From Promethearchaeia archaeon (GTDB taxonomy: Archaea > Asgardarchaeota > Lokiarchaeia > Sigyniarchaeales > SOKP01), in assembly GCA_029856105.1 (NCBI GenBank), contig JAHQWH010000064.1:1-41349 (forward strand): a stretch of 41,349 nucleotides of DNA, written 5' to 3'. The notes under the pieces are model-generated. The model was not told the origin of the DNA and made no database searches. It saw nothing but the letters and a program-made list of their open reading frames with translations. Positions 1 through 9,819 of the stretch are shown here, in pieces (the stretch's first letter is position 1; each line of letters opens with the position of its first letter). The position numbers were made by a program, and so were the translations under genes.

Positions 1-143
1 TAATACTTTCTTCCTATTTTGACTTTAAACTTTTATATAAACAACTATTTAAAAAAAAATTAAAAAAGAAAATAGTATTCTCCTTTTTATATTTAATAGA
101 ATTATATAATTGAAAATAAAAAAAAAAAGATCGCGATATTAAA

Positions 144-1439
144 ATGCCAGGTAAAAAATTTGAAGTACAAGCAATTAACGACGAAATCCTTGCGAAGTTT
201 AGCCTTAAAAATCGATATTCTTTTTTGAATAATAATTTAACGGCTATACTTTCAACAAAGGAATTCAACTTCTTTAAAGAAGTTCAACGATTTTGTATGC
301 GCTTCGAAAAAAAAAACGAAATTACGCACGGACCTGAAGAAGACATTTACGATTGGGTTCCCGCTTTTGGAGAAAAGGGTTATATAACCCGTCAGCACAC
401 ATTCGACGAATGTGATGTTCATTACGACTATTGGGGCTTAGCTGCTGATTTTTTGCGAAATTTAGCAATCGATATGTTTGATCCTCAATTTGCGATGGGA
501 GGAGGTGCAACCGTCCTTGCAATAAATCCCATTTATGAACATCACGAAAATGTTCCTGAACGATTAGAAGCTCTTAAAGATTTGGTTACTGGGGTGTCTC
601 CTGGGGCTATTCTTATTACAGAACCAGAAAGAGGTTCGGATGCCGTACATCAATTAACCACTTGTGACCTACAAGAAGATGGTTCTTTTTTACTTAATGG
701 AGTTAAGATTTTTAACACTAACGCGCCCAAATCTAAGTGGTTAGTAGCTTACGCAACTGCAGAGAAAAACAACGGGAACACGATGGCACAATTCTTAATT
801 AATGCCAATTGGGATGGTGTTCATATTGAACGTGCTGGAGTACCATGGGTTCCAAAGCTCTATCTTGGAAAAGAAACGCTTACGAACGTTCGAGTTCCAA
901 AAGAATATGTCCTCGGGGGCATCGGGAAAGGACGTGAATATATGTTTGAAGGCTTAGTGCCTGAAAGAATTTCTATCGCAATAATGGGTGTTAGTGAATG
1001 CTGGGGAGCATTATCACATGCAATAATTTATGCCAACAATAGACAGCAATTTAATCAAATGATTCTTAAATTCCAAGGAGTCGGTTTTCTTTTGACCGAT
1101 TTATGGGCAAGAACCACTAATCTAACCCTTGGATTGCTCAAATTCTGTGAGTCGTTTGATGAAAAGTACGAAAAATTTCAAGGCAATATTCCAAAAAACA
1201 TTGCCCAAGCAATGGTTGCCTCAGCAAGTCAGTTCAAGTATCACGCTTCGAAACTCGCGAAAAAGGTGTGTTACGAATGCGCAAATAACATGGGTGGAGC
1301 TGGATTGTGTGATAACACTCTTATGCACGATTACATGAATATCTCGAGGATTCAAGAAATAGTTGGCGGTTCGAGACAAATCCAGCAGTACATAATGTCG
1401 ATGTCGTTAAGACAATTGTACAAAATGTCCGTTTCGTAA
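144..1439 (+). CDS. Acyl-CoA dehydrogenase (paralog 1)
   Basis: ITEPERGSDA, LNGVKIFNTNA, RQQFNQ, GGAG and C-terminal EIVGGSRQIQ motifs of the ACAD family. Confidence 0.93.
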   Translation: MPGKKFEVQAINDEILAKFSLKNRYSFLNNNLTAILSTKEFNFFKEVQRFCMRFEKKNEITHGPEEDIYDWVPAFGEKGYITRQHTFDECDVHYDYWGLAADFLRNLAIDMFDPQFAMGGGATVLAINPIYEHHENVPERLEALKDLVTGVSPGAILITEPERGSDAVHQLTTCDLQEDGSFLLNGVKIFNTNAPKSKWLVAYATAEKNNGNTMAQFLINANWDGVHIERAGVPWVPKLYLGKETLTNVRVPKEYVLGGIGKGREYMFEGLVPERISIAIMGVSECWGALSHAIIYANNRQQFNQMILKFQGVGFLLTDLWARTTNLTLGLLKFCESFDEKYEKFQGNIPKNIAQAMVASASQFKYHASKLAKKVCYECANNMGGAGLCDNTLMHDYMNISRIQEIVGGSRQIQQYIMSMSLRQLYKMSVS

Positions 1440-1760
1440 AATCCATAAATTAAATAATTCCTTTTTTTTTTTGGATATTTTTTTATATTACAACTTTTTT
1501 GACACCTAACAAAGGAGGTGTTTTTCTCTTCATTATTTAGCGCTCTTATTTATTGGTTGGTTATAGATTTTTGCGTGAGAATTAAGAATTATTGATTAGC
1601 AAAAGGCACGCATTTAACAACCGAATACTGTTATTTGTGTACGAGAGTGCGAAGCTCATTAATCTCTCTTTTCTATTATATTAGAAGAAGGTTGCTTAGT
1701 ATTTTTACCAAAAATAAAAAAAAAATAAAAATTGTAAGAGATTTATATAAATTGGATGTC

Positions 1761-3065
1761 TTAGATGCCCGACATCTTGTAGAGCTGTCTCATGGCCATA
1801 GACATAATATAGTTTTGGATTTGTCGGCTCCCTCCAACGATTTCAGCGATTCTAGACATGTTTAATAAATCTTGCATTAGAGTGTTATCGCATAGTCCAG
1901 CGCCGCCCATAAGATTTGCCGCTTCGTAACAAATTTCTGCTGAAAGTTTAGCAGTATGATACTTGAACTGACTAGCAGAAGCTACTAAAGCTTGTGAAAT
2001 GTTTCGGGGAAGTGTTCCTCCAAACTTTTCCATCTTACTGTCATAATTTTTGCAAAACATTAAAAGTCCAAGCGTGACGTTAGTTAATCTTGCCCAGAGA
2101 TCGGTTAAAAGAAAACCCACTCCTTGGAATTTTAGAACCATTTGATTAAATTGCTGTCTATTATTGGCGTATATAGCAGCATGAGCAACTGCGTTCCAAC
2201 ACTGGGCTACGCAATCGATTGCTATTCCTATTCTTTCCGGAACCAAACCTTCAAAAAGATGTTCTCGTCCCTTTCCCACGCCACCTAACACGTAATCCTT
2301 TGGTACTCTAAGGTTATCTAACCTTTCTTTCCCCAACCAGACTTTTGGTACGTATGGTATGAAAACTCGTTCACAGTTCCAACCGTCCCACGAGGTATCG
2401 ATTAGGAACTGAGCCATCGTGTTTCCGTTGTTTTTCTCTGCAGTAGCGTAAGCAACTACGTATCCCGATTTAGGGCCATTAGTACTAAAAATCTTTTCTC
2501 CATTTAAAAGAAAACTACCGTCGTCTTGCTCGTCGCACGTGGTCAACATATGTACTGCGTCCGAGCCCCTTTCTGGTTCGGTGATTAATATTGCTCCTGG
2601 TGTTACCCCCGTCACAAATTTTTTCATAATTTCTAATCGTATGGGCATATTTTCGTGATGTTCGTAAATAGGGTTGATAGCTAGCACGGTTGCACCCCCA
2701 GCTAACGAAAATTGGGGGTCAAAAAAGTCTACGGCTAAACATCTCATTAATTCCGCAGTTGCACCATAATAGTCGTAATTAACATCAATCATTTCGAATT
2801 TGTGAGCTCTGGTTAGGTACCCCGCCTCTCCAAACGCGGGGATCCAATCGTAAACATCTTCGTCAGGACCGTGCGTAATATTGTTTTTCTTTTCGAAACG
2901 CATGCAGAATTTTTGAGCTTTTTTTAGAAAATTAAATTCGTTAGGTTCTAAGATAGCGGTTAAATTCGTGTTTAAAAAAGAATATCTGTTTTTTAGACTT
3001 AACTTTTCAAGGATTTCGTCATTGATAGCTTGAGTCATAAACTTAGTTTTTTTTTCTTCTTCCAT
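1761..3065 (-). CDS. Acyl-CoA dehydrogenase (paralog 2)
   Basis: Same ACAD motifs (ITEPERGSDA, LNGEKIFSTNG, RQQF, GGAG); colinear with paralogs 1 and 3. Confidence 0.93.
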   Translation of the reverse strand: MEEEKKTKFMTQAINDEILEKLSLKNRYSFLNTNLTAILEPNEFNFLKKAQKFCMRFEKKNNITHGPDEDVYDWIPAFGEAGYLTRAHKFEMIDVNYDYYGATAELMRCLAVDFFDPQFSLAGGATVLAINPIYEHHENMPIRLEIMKKFVTGVTPGAILITEPERGSDAVHMLTTCDEQDDGSFLLNGEKIFSTNGPKSGYVVAYATAEKNNGNTMAQFLIDTSWDGWNCERVFIPYVPKVWLGKERLDNLRVPKDYVLGGVGKGREHLFEGLVPERIGIAIDCVAQCWNAVAHAAIYANNRQQFNQMVLKFQGVGFLLTDLWARLTNVTLGLLMFCKNYDSKMEKFGGTLPRNISQALVASASQFKYHTAKLSAEICYEAANLMGGAGLCDNTLMQDLLNMSRIAEIVGGSRQIQNYIMSMAMRQLYKMSGI

Positions 3066-3259
3066 TTTTCTAACTCCTATTTTTTTAATCTATTTGAAAT
3101 TTAAAAGAGAAATAGTATTACTAAGAGAAATATGATTTGTCTTTTTAACTTTTTTTATTGAATATGTATTAGCAATAGAAATATTGATAATTAAGATTAT
3201 TTTCACATCAAAATCAAAAAAAAAAAAAAATTATAAGAAAACATAAACAATTGAACGTC

Positions 3260-4579
3260 CTATATGCCCGACATCTTGTAAGTTTGACGTAACGCCATGC
3301 TAAGAATGTATTGTTGAATTTGCCGGCTGCCACCCACGATCTCTTGAATTCTTGAGATGTTTAGCAGGTCGTGAGTGAGGGTGTTATCACAAAGTCCAGC
3401 ACCTCCCATAAGATTTGCGGCTTCGTAGCAAATTTCTTTCGAAAGAGAGGTTGTATGGTATTTGTATTGACTTGCCCCGGCAACCATAGCTTGAGCAAGA
3501 TTTTTTGGAATTTCTGGTCCATATTGTTCAACTTTCTCGTCGTATTTTTCACAGAACCTCAGCAACCCCTGGGTAACATTTGATAATCTTGCCCAGAGAT
3601 CGGTCAAAAGAAATCCTACGCCTTGGAATTTTAGAACCATTTGATCGAACTGTTTTCTGTTGTTAACATATATGGCCGCATGAGCTATAGCATTCCAAGA
3701 TTGCGATGTAGCATCGAGTGCGATACCTATCCTTTCAGGTACTAACCCTTCAAATAAGTGTTCGCGACCTTTTCCTACGCCGCCTAACACGTAATCTTTA
3801 GGCACTTTAAGATCTGTAAGGTGTTCGTGACCTATCCACACTTTTGGGACCCAAGGGATAAAAACGCGATCGCAACTCCAACCGTCCCACGAAGTATCGA
3901 TTAGAAACTGAGCCATCGTGTTCCCGTTGTTTTTCTCTGCAGTAGCATAAGCAACGACGTATTTCGCTTTAGGGCCATTAGTACTAAAAATCTTTTCTCC
4001 GTTAAGAAGGAAGGATCCGTCAGGTTGCTCGTCGCATGTGGTCAACATATGAACTGCATCGGAGCCTCGCTCAGGTTCGGTGATTAAAATCGCTCCAGGC
4101 GATTCACCGGTGACAAATTTCTTTAAGATTTCTAATCTAATTGGTATATTTTCGTGATGAAAATAGATCGGATTTATGGCTAAAATAGTAGCCCCCCCTG
4201 CCATAGAAAACTGAGGGTCAAAGAAACTTAAGGCTAAACATCTCATTAATTCTATAGCTAATCCGTGTTCTGGAAAATTTAAGTCAATTTCTTCGTAAGG
4301 ATGAGCGCGTGAAATTAACCCTTCTTTTCCAAAATCGGGGATCCAATGGTAAAATTCTTCGTCTGGGGCATGAGTGATGTTATTCTTTTTTTCGTAGCGA
4401 ACACAAAACTTTTCAGCTTTCCTAAGAAAGTTCATTGGCTTTTGGTCTAATATCGTCATTAAATTAGTATTCAAGAAAGCATATCGATTCTTAAGGCTTA
4501 ACTTTTCAAGAATCTCGTCGCTAATGGCTTGGTCCATAAATTTGGTTTTTTTTTCATTTTCCATAATTTTTCCTACCAC
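3260..4579 (-). CDS. Acyl-CoA dehydrogenase (paralog 3); real start probably ATG at 4564
   Basis: ACAD motifs; MENEKKTKFM aligns with the paralog 2 start MEEEKKTKFM and follows a GGTAGGA SD-like sequence. Confidence 0.93.
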   Translation of the reverse strand: MVGKIMENEKKTKFMDQAISDEILEKLSLKNRYAFLNTNLMTILDQKPMNFLRKAEKFCVRYEKKNNITHAPDEEFYHWIPDFGKEGLISRAHPYEEIDLNFPEHGLAIELMRCLALSFFDPQFSMAGGATILAINPIYFHHENIPIRLEILKKFVTGESPGAILITEPERGSDAVHMLTTCDEQPDGSFLLNGEKIFSTNGPKAKYVVAYATAEKNNGNTMAQFLIDTSWDGWSCDRVFIPWVPKVWIGHEHLTDLKVPKDYVLGGVGKGREHLFEGLVPERIGIALDATSQSWNAIAHAAIYVNNRKQFDQMVLKFQGVGFLLTDLWARLSNVTQGLLRFCEKYDEKVEQYGPEIPKNLAQAMVAGASQYKYHTTSLSKEICYEAANLMGGAGLCDNTLTHDLLNISRIQEIVGGSRQIQQYILSMALRQTYKMSGI

Positions 4580-4661
4580 TTTTTGACAATTTTATGATTT
4601 TACATCAAATATATTCTACTATGAAGAAGGTGATTTAACTTTTTAATTTATTTAGTAGAAT

Positions 4662-5405
4662 TTACATTATTATTTTTTTTAATCTGTTAGAAAATTTCTT
4701 AGAAATTATTAACGCGGTTTCAAAAGGACAGTTCTTCTTGAATTGAATAACGGTAATAAAATTTTCAATCCCCACTAAAGATAAAATCCCGTAATCTTCG
4801 AGAGAAATTAATTCGTGTATTCTAGAATTTCCGATAATAAATCGGCTTTCTAGTAGCCTAATAATTTCAGATAATACGTTAGAATTAAGGTAAGAGACTA
4901 TAACTCTTCCTGTTTGAGTAAGTAATGCAGAAGATATGACGAAAGACGAGAAAGTATGGAGTTCTTTAAAAACTTCAATTAATTCCTTTTGGATTTCTTC
5001 TGAAACTAGCTTTTTGCTTTCGATGATCTCATCAACGTTTTTTTCAAAGTTTTGGTATTCTGAAACTTCGCCATCAAAATCCTCAGTAAGCAGCTGTAAA
5101 TCAAACTTGTTCAGGAATTCGCTTTTAATTTCTCTCAATTGATTCCTTAATTCGACGAGGTTATCGGTTCTATCGCTAAATAAAGCGAACATTAATTCAC
5201 TTGAGTCCGCTTTTTCAACCTCAAAAATAAATCTAAACGGTCCGACCTCTATTTCAGATAGCTCCTTAGTTCTTAGAGTTTGTTTAACAAAAGAGAAAAT
5301 CGCGCTTAAAAAGCTACTTGTCAGTTTAATGTCAAAACTATCTTCATATGTTTTATAAAAGATTAGCTCCCCTGAAGATTTCATAATGAAAATATTTTTT
5401 ATCAT
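4662..5405 (-). CDS. Longin-like domain + roadblock/LC7-like domain protein (Asgard eukaryotic-signature type)
   Basis: N-terminal IKNIFIMKSSGELIF...LTSSFLSAIFSFVK and F.NKF longin pattern; C-terminal VISSALLTQTGRVIVS roadblock-like beta-hairpin. Confidence 0.7.
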   Translation of the reverse strand: MIKNIFIMKSSGELIFYKTYEDSFDIKLTSSFLSAIFSFVKQTLRTKELSEIEVGPFRFIFEVEKADSSELMFALFSDRTDNLVELRNQLREIKSEFLNKFDLQLLTEDFDGEVSEYQNFEKNVDEIIESKKLVSEEIQKELIEVFKELHTFSSFVISSALLTQTGRVIVSYLNSNVLSEIIRLLESRFIIGNSRIHELISLEDYGILSLVGIENFITVIQFKKNCPFETALIISKKFSNRLKKIIM

Positions 5406-5634
5406 GCAAGTTCAAAAAATAAATTTATTTTACTAAATAAAACAGATTTTATACTTTTTTAATAATAGTTTAAGTTTAAAAATTCTTGTATAGTTCGTTC
5501 TTATAACATTAAAGTAATAGAATTACACATTTTTATCAAAAATTTAATTTGATGAAAAAATTAATTTAACAATTTAATTTAATTTTAATAGCCCAAATTA
5601 AGGTTTTTATTTTTTGTTCGAGAAATGAAAAAAA

Positions 5635-6399
5635 TTAGAACCCCTCAAATTTAGCCCATTCGTCGTCGTCGTCGATCTCTTCTTCTTCTTCGAGGTATTC
5701 TTCAGCTTTTTTTGCCTTAGTCCCTTCAGCTGACTCTTCTTCGTACTCATCATAATCGTCGTCAAAACTTATGGCTTTATCTAAGTCTGTAGTTATTTCT
5801 TCCTCGCTAATTTTTATTTCAGGGATTGGTTCTTCTTCGCGCTTTTTCTTTCCAACAAGTTTGAGATAGTCTCCATGAATTTTAATTGTTATTGGTGTTT
5901 CTTCTTGTAGAAGGCGCACTACTACTTCCTCACTACTTGATGTATCGTGCGGCATACGCATTACAATAGCTCTGGAGCCTTCAAATACGCCGCTTATAAT
6001 TTCAACTGTATCTCCCGATTCTAAATATTCGGTAACACTCCTTGGGAGGATTACGTGTTTTAACTCGACTAATTCAATATTTTGAACGATCCTTCCTTTT
6101 ATATGGGGTATACCTTGTACTGCAATTTGGACCGCCCTCTTCTGTGGCGCTTCAAAGAACACATAGCCTGGTAATAAAGGGGATACGAGCATTGCCCTAA
6201 TATCAGGAACAACATCCAAGATTTTAAATCTATAGAAAATTTGTTTTAAAATATTGCTTTCTTGGTTAATTGTTGTTCTTACAGCAAAGAGAGTAGTAGA
6301 AGGTTCTTGAACTTCTTCTTTCTCGATAACAATTAAGTTATCTTCTAAATCTGTCCCTTTCTTCTCACTCTCTTTTACATTATCCTCTTGATCCGCCAT
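5635..6399 (-). CDS. spt5: Transcription elongation factor Spt5/NusG with acidic terminal extensions
   Basis: NGN domain (FAVRTT.NQE, LPGYVFFEA, GIPHIKG) plus KOW motif (GDTVEIISGVFEG). Confidence 0.88.
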   Translation of the reverse strand: MADQEDNVKESEKKGTDLEDNLIVIEKEEVQEPSTTLFAVRTTINQESNILKQIFYRFKILDVVPDIRAMLVSPLLPGYVFFEAPQKRAVQIAVQGIPHIKGRIVQNIELVELKHVILPRSVTEYLESGDTVEIISGVFEGSRAIVMRMPHDTSSSEEVVVRLLQEETPITIKIHGDYLKLVGKKKREEEPIPEIKISEEEITTDLDKAISFDDDYDEYEEESAEGTKAKKAEEYLEEEEEIDDDDEWAKFEGF

Positions 6400-6580
6400 A
6401 TTTTTTCACTTTTTCCTTATTTGAATTATCCTTATTTAAGATGTATAAATAACAATTTCTTAGAAAAGAAGTTTATGATCTAAAGGAAATTCTAAATTAA
6501 AAAATTTTGCTTTTTAAAGAGATTTTAAAAATAAGCGTAAAATTCTGCTTGATATGAACAAATAAAGATAATTTAATTTT

Positions 6581-6961
6581 TTAAAAGGGAATATTATTTA
6601 TATCTAATATTTCTGGAATTCTTCTGTTTCGATCAAGCCAAGAAATTTCAGCATTAGTATATCTCCAAGTAATTTCACACTTACCCAACTTACCTTCTAC
6701 TTTCGTTTCCCAATCCCATGGAGATATTACTACCAAATCACCTTTTCTTATCCATACTCTTTTTTTAATTTTACCACGAATTCTACCTATTCTATGATTA
6801 CCGTCTTGACAAAATACACCCATTCGTTCACTACCATATATATCAACAACTCTAGCAAACATTTCTCCAATTCGGGTATTTGGCCATTTTACGCGCGTAA
6901 TTACGGGGGGTATGTAAGGACCTCTAGCCTTCCCTCTCTTTACTTGTTTTTTTTTAGCCAC
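6581..6961 (-). CDS. eif1a: Translation initiation factor aIF-1A
   Basis: GEMFARV, C.DG..RIGRIRGKIKKRVWIRKGDLVVISPWD, ITWRY motifs. Confidence 0.93.
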   Translation of the reverse strand: MAKKKQVKRGKARGPYIPPVITRVKWPNTRIGEMFARVVDIYGSERMGVFCQDGNHRIGRIRGKIKKRVWIRKGDLVVISPWDWETKVEGKLGKCEITWRYTNAEISWLDRNRRIPEILDINNIPF

Positions 6962-6993
6962 AATCTTTTACCTTTTATTTTCAATTTATAAAA

Positions 6994-7329
6994 TTAAAAC
7001 TTATCTTCAGGTTTATATTCTCCTTTAATAAATACGATTTTTATACTTTTATCAGAACTATTACGAATATTATGCATTTCTTTTGGTTCTATTAAGAATA
7101 CGCTTCCTTCTGGAGCGTCGTATTCTTTATCTTCTATAATCATAATGCCATTACCGTCAACAAAATAGAAAGTTTCGTCGATCAAGTTATGTCCATGAGC
7201 TTTTTCGGCCATAAATTCGCCTGGTTTGAGCAAAATTAACCCCCAATCAATGCTAGGCCCGCGCATTAAATATTTTACGCCAGAATCTCCTTCTCTATAC
7301 TTAAAGTCGTTTTCGTTAACGCGTTTAAT
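6994..7329 (-). CDS. Cupin domain protein; probable ATT start at 7329 (ORF track uses ATG 7266)
   Basis: H.H...DETFYF..G.G and EPKEMH cupin motifs; the frame stays open upstream of the ATG to a TAA at 7335-7333, giving IKRVNENDFKYREGDSGVKYL. Confidence 0.75.
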   Translation of the reverse strand: MKRVNENDFKYREGDSGVKYLMRGPSIDWGLILLKPGEFMAEKAHGHNLIDETFYFVDGNGIMIIEDKEYDAPEGSVFLIEPKEMHNIRNSSDKSIKIVFIKGEYKPEDKF

Positions 7330-7398
7330 TTTTTATCACTTATTCTTTTATTATAAATCAAATTATCAAAATTAAATTAAGTTAAAAATTTTATTATA

Positions 7399-8598
7399 TT
7401 GGTAAATGAAATGGATTTAACTTTTAATTTTACAAGTATCCCTCATATAATTTTTGGTGCCAGAAAGTTAAATGAACTATATAACATAATACCAAAATTT
7501 GGAAAAAATGTTCTTTATGTAATCGGAGGAAAGTCGCTTAAGGAATCTGGTAAATGGGACGAGATTGTGAATGCGATGGATAAGAAATCGATAAATATTT
7601 CGATAATTTCGGTTTATGGAGAACCTACACCTACGCTTATTGACGAAGCTGTAGCGAAGTGTAAAAGTAAAAACATAGATTTAGTCGTAGGAATAGGAGG
7701 GGGGAGCGTTACCGACGCAGGTAAAGCGATTTCAGCAATGATTTCTAAAGAAGATTCAATTATGAACTACCTCGAGGGTGTTGGGAACAAAATACACGAT
7801 GGAAAAAAAATACCGTATATTGCGATCCCTACAACATCGGGTACCGGTAGTGAGGCAACAAAAAATGCGGTTATTTCTGAGGTGGGCCCTGAAGGTTTTA
7901 AGAAATCTCTTCGCCACGATAATTTAATCCCAAATTATGCCATTATAGACCCCGAACTTGTATTATCTAGTCCTCCTTCTGTGTCTGCCGCCTGTGGAAT
8001 GGATGCCTTTACACAACTACTAGAAGCATATGTTTCGCCTCGAGCAAGCCCTATCACTGACGCTTTAGCTTTTTCGGGCATGAGATATGTGAAAGACGCA
8101 ATAATACCTGCTTGTAGTACTCACGCTTTGGATATAGCCGTAAGATCTGCTATGGCGTACGGCTCTTTGATGTCAGGGATTGCCCTTACAAACGCAGGAT
8201 TAGGTATAGTTCACGGATTAGCGTCATCTTTAGGAGGATTATTTGAAATCCCTCACGGTGTAGCGTGTGGAACGCTTCTTGCGGAAAGTACAAAGATGAA
8301 CATAACGCAATTGCAAAAGATTGGCGATGCTGGTAAAAAGGGATTATTAAAATATGCTATAGTTGGGGCTTTACTTGCTGGTAAAAAAGTATTTGAAAAT
8401 GTTGATATTTCTTACTACTGTTCAATATTAATTGATACTCTTGAAAAATGGACATATGATTTAAAAATCGATCGTCTCGGAAAGTATGGTATTAAAATCA
8501 AAGAAATCGATAAAATTGTAGAAAAGGCAGGATTGAAAAACAATCCAGTGCAACTTAGACGAGAAGATATATTGGAGATAGTGCGAAATCGTATCTAA
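7399..8598 (+). CDS. Iron-containing alcohol dehydrogenase
   Basis: GIGGGSVTDAGK, IPTTSGTGSEAT, GMDAFTQLLE, GIVHG and IPHG motifs. Confidence 0.93.
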   Translation: MVNEMDLTFNFTSIPHIIFGARKLNELYNIIPKFGKNVLYVIGGKSLKESGKWDEIVNAMDKKSINISIISVYGEPTPTLIDEAVAKCKSKNIDLVVGIGGGSVTDAGKAISAMISKEDSIMNYLEGVGNKIHDGKKIPYIAIPTTSGTGSEATKNAVISEVGPEGFKKSLRHDNLIPNYAIIDPELVLSSPPSVSAACGMDAFTQLLEAYVSPRASPITDALAFSGMRYVKDAIIPACSTHALDIAVRSAMAYGSLMSGIALTNAGLGIVHGLASSLGGLFEIPHGVACGTLLAESTKMNITQLQKIGDAGKKGLLKYAIVGALLAGKKVFENVDISYYCSILIDTLEKWTYDLKIDRLGKYGIKIKEIDKIVEKAGLKNNPVQLRREDILEIVRNRI

Positions 8599-8618
8599 AA
8601 AAGTAACACTATAATATC

Positions 8619-9143
8619 TTAATAAATTTCAGATTTTTCTAATAATTTCTTTGCTAATAATTCGAACGCTAAATCTGTATTTTCTCCCGTTTTACTTGAA
8701 ATTCGCAAGTAATCAAACATCTCGTAATACTCCTTTACTTCCAAAACGTATGTGTCTTTTATTGTTATCAAGTCTGTCAAATCCGCTTTTGAGCCAAGTA
8801 AAAGAATAGGCAAATCAAAATTTTCCGTTCGACAGAGTTTAACCCACTCATCAACACAATTTAAAGAAATAGGCCTTGTTAGATCGAAAAGAAATAGAGC
8901 TCCTTTTGCACCCATTATGTAATTCTTGAGGAGAAATCTAAACCTCTCTTGCCCGCCAAAATCCCATATCTGGAGTAAAATTTTATTACCATCTAAATCA
9001 ATCTCTTTTAGAAAAAATTCAACTCCTAGCGTCATTTTTGTGTCTGCTAAAAATTTTCCCTCCACATAACGATGAAGAAGCGTAGTCTTACCAACGCCCC
9101 CTTCTCCAGTTGTAATAATTTTTAATACTCTAGGTTTAGACAT
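8619..9143 (-). CDS. Rab-like small GTPase (Ras superfamily)
   Basis: G1 GEGGVGKT, G2 TLGVEF, G3 WDFGGQERFR, G4 SKAD, G5 SSK. Confidence 0.92.
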   Translation of the reverse strand: MSKPRVLKIITTGEGGVGKTTLLHRYVEGKFLADTKMTLGVEFFLKEIDLDGNKILLQIWDFGGQERFRFLLKNYIMGAKGALFLFDLTRPISLNCVDEWVKLCRTENFDLPILLLGSKADLTDLITIKDTYVLEVKEYYEMFDYLRISSKTGENTDLAFELLAKKLLEKSEIY

Positions 9144-9282
9144 CTGATTACCAAATTATTATTTGAGCTTCAAAATTTTAAGCATTTAACTTTAAATGCA
9201 ATAAGATTTGTAAAAAATAACAAAAATAATTAATATTATTGAAATCTTAAAGTGTAATAAAGTTTTATAATTGAAGTGAGAG

Positions 9283-9302
9283 CCCTTTCCTTTAGGTGAG
9301 GG
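9283..9302. repeat. GC-rich hairpin resembling an IS200/IS605-family end
   Basis: CCCTTTCC-TTTA-GGTGAGGG imperfect stem in a very AT-rich intergenic region; no transposase nearby. Confidence 0.3.
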
Positions 9303-9364
9303 ATAAGATTTGCAACAAATCATTAATCCTCATCCATATATGGATCTAATTATTTAAACCATCT

Positions 9365-9796
9365 CTAATCGAAAGAAAGATATTTTTTCTGTCGTAAAAA
9401 AATCGTGCGGACTTCCATTTTATTTGCTTTTCTACGCAATTCTGCGTCGTTAGTTGCTAAAAAAACTCTTTTGCTTATACTTTTTAACTCCATACAAGAC
9501 TTTAATAAAAAGTTATCTGTAGTTTCTTCTTTTAATTTTATGTTTTGTTTGTAATCAATATTATATTTTTCGTTATTTTTTTCTAAATATAAAAGTCCAG
9601 CCTTAAAATTCATGTGAAATTTTATAGCTTCTGGTTCTCGAATCTTTTTAGCTTCTAATTCGTCAAGAATTTGCTTATAAACGATAAAAATAGTTTTTCC
9701 GTCTAATTTCGCCTCTATTTCGTATAGATAATCTATTTTAAATTGAAATGGAAGTAAAATAAAGTTAGCATCTATTACGATTAAATTTTCTAACAT
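9365..9796 (-). CDS. PIN-domain RNase-like protein (Fcf1/Utp24-like archaeal family)
   Basis: VIDANF, ILDEL, TDNFL and LATNDAELRRK motifs. Confidence 0.85.
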   Translation of the reverse strand: MLENLIVIDANFILLPFQFKIDYLYEIEAKLDGKTIFIVYKQILDELEAKKIREPEAIKFHMNFKAGLLYLEKNNEKYNIDYKQNIKLKEETTDNFLLKSCMELKSISKRVFLATNDAELRRKANKMEVRTIFLRQKKYLSFD

Positions 9797-9819
9797 TATT
9801 TGACAAATAGGTTAAAAAT

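Noticed and set aside
1502-1521. Small hairpin acacct...aggtgt between convergent ACAD genes
   Set aside because: A 6-bp stem that could be chance or a simple terminator; nothing more to support.
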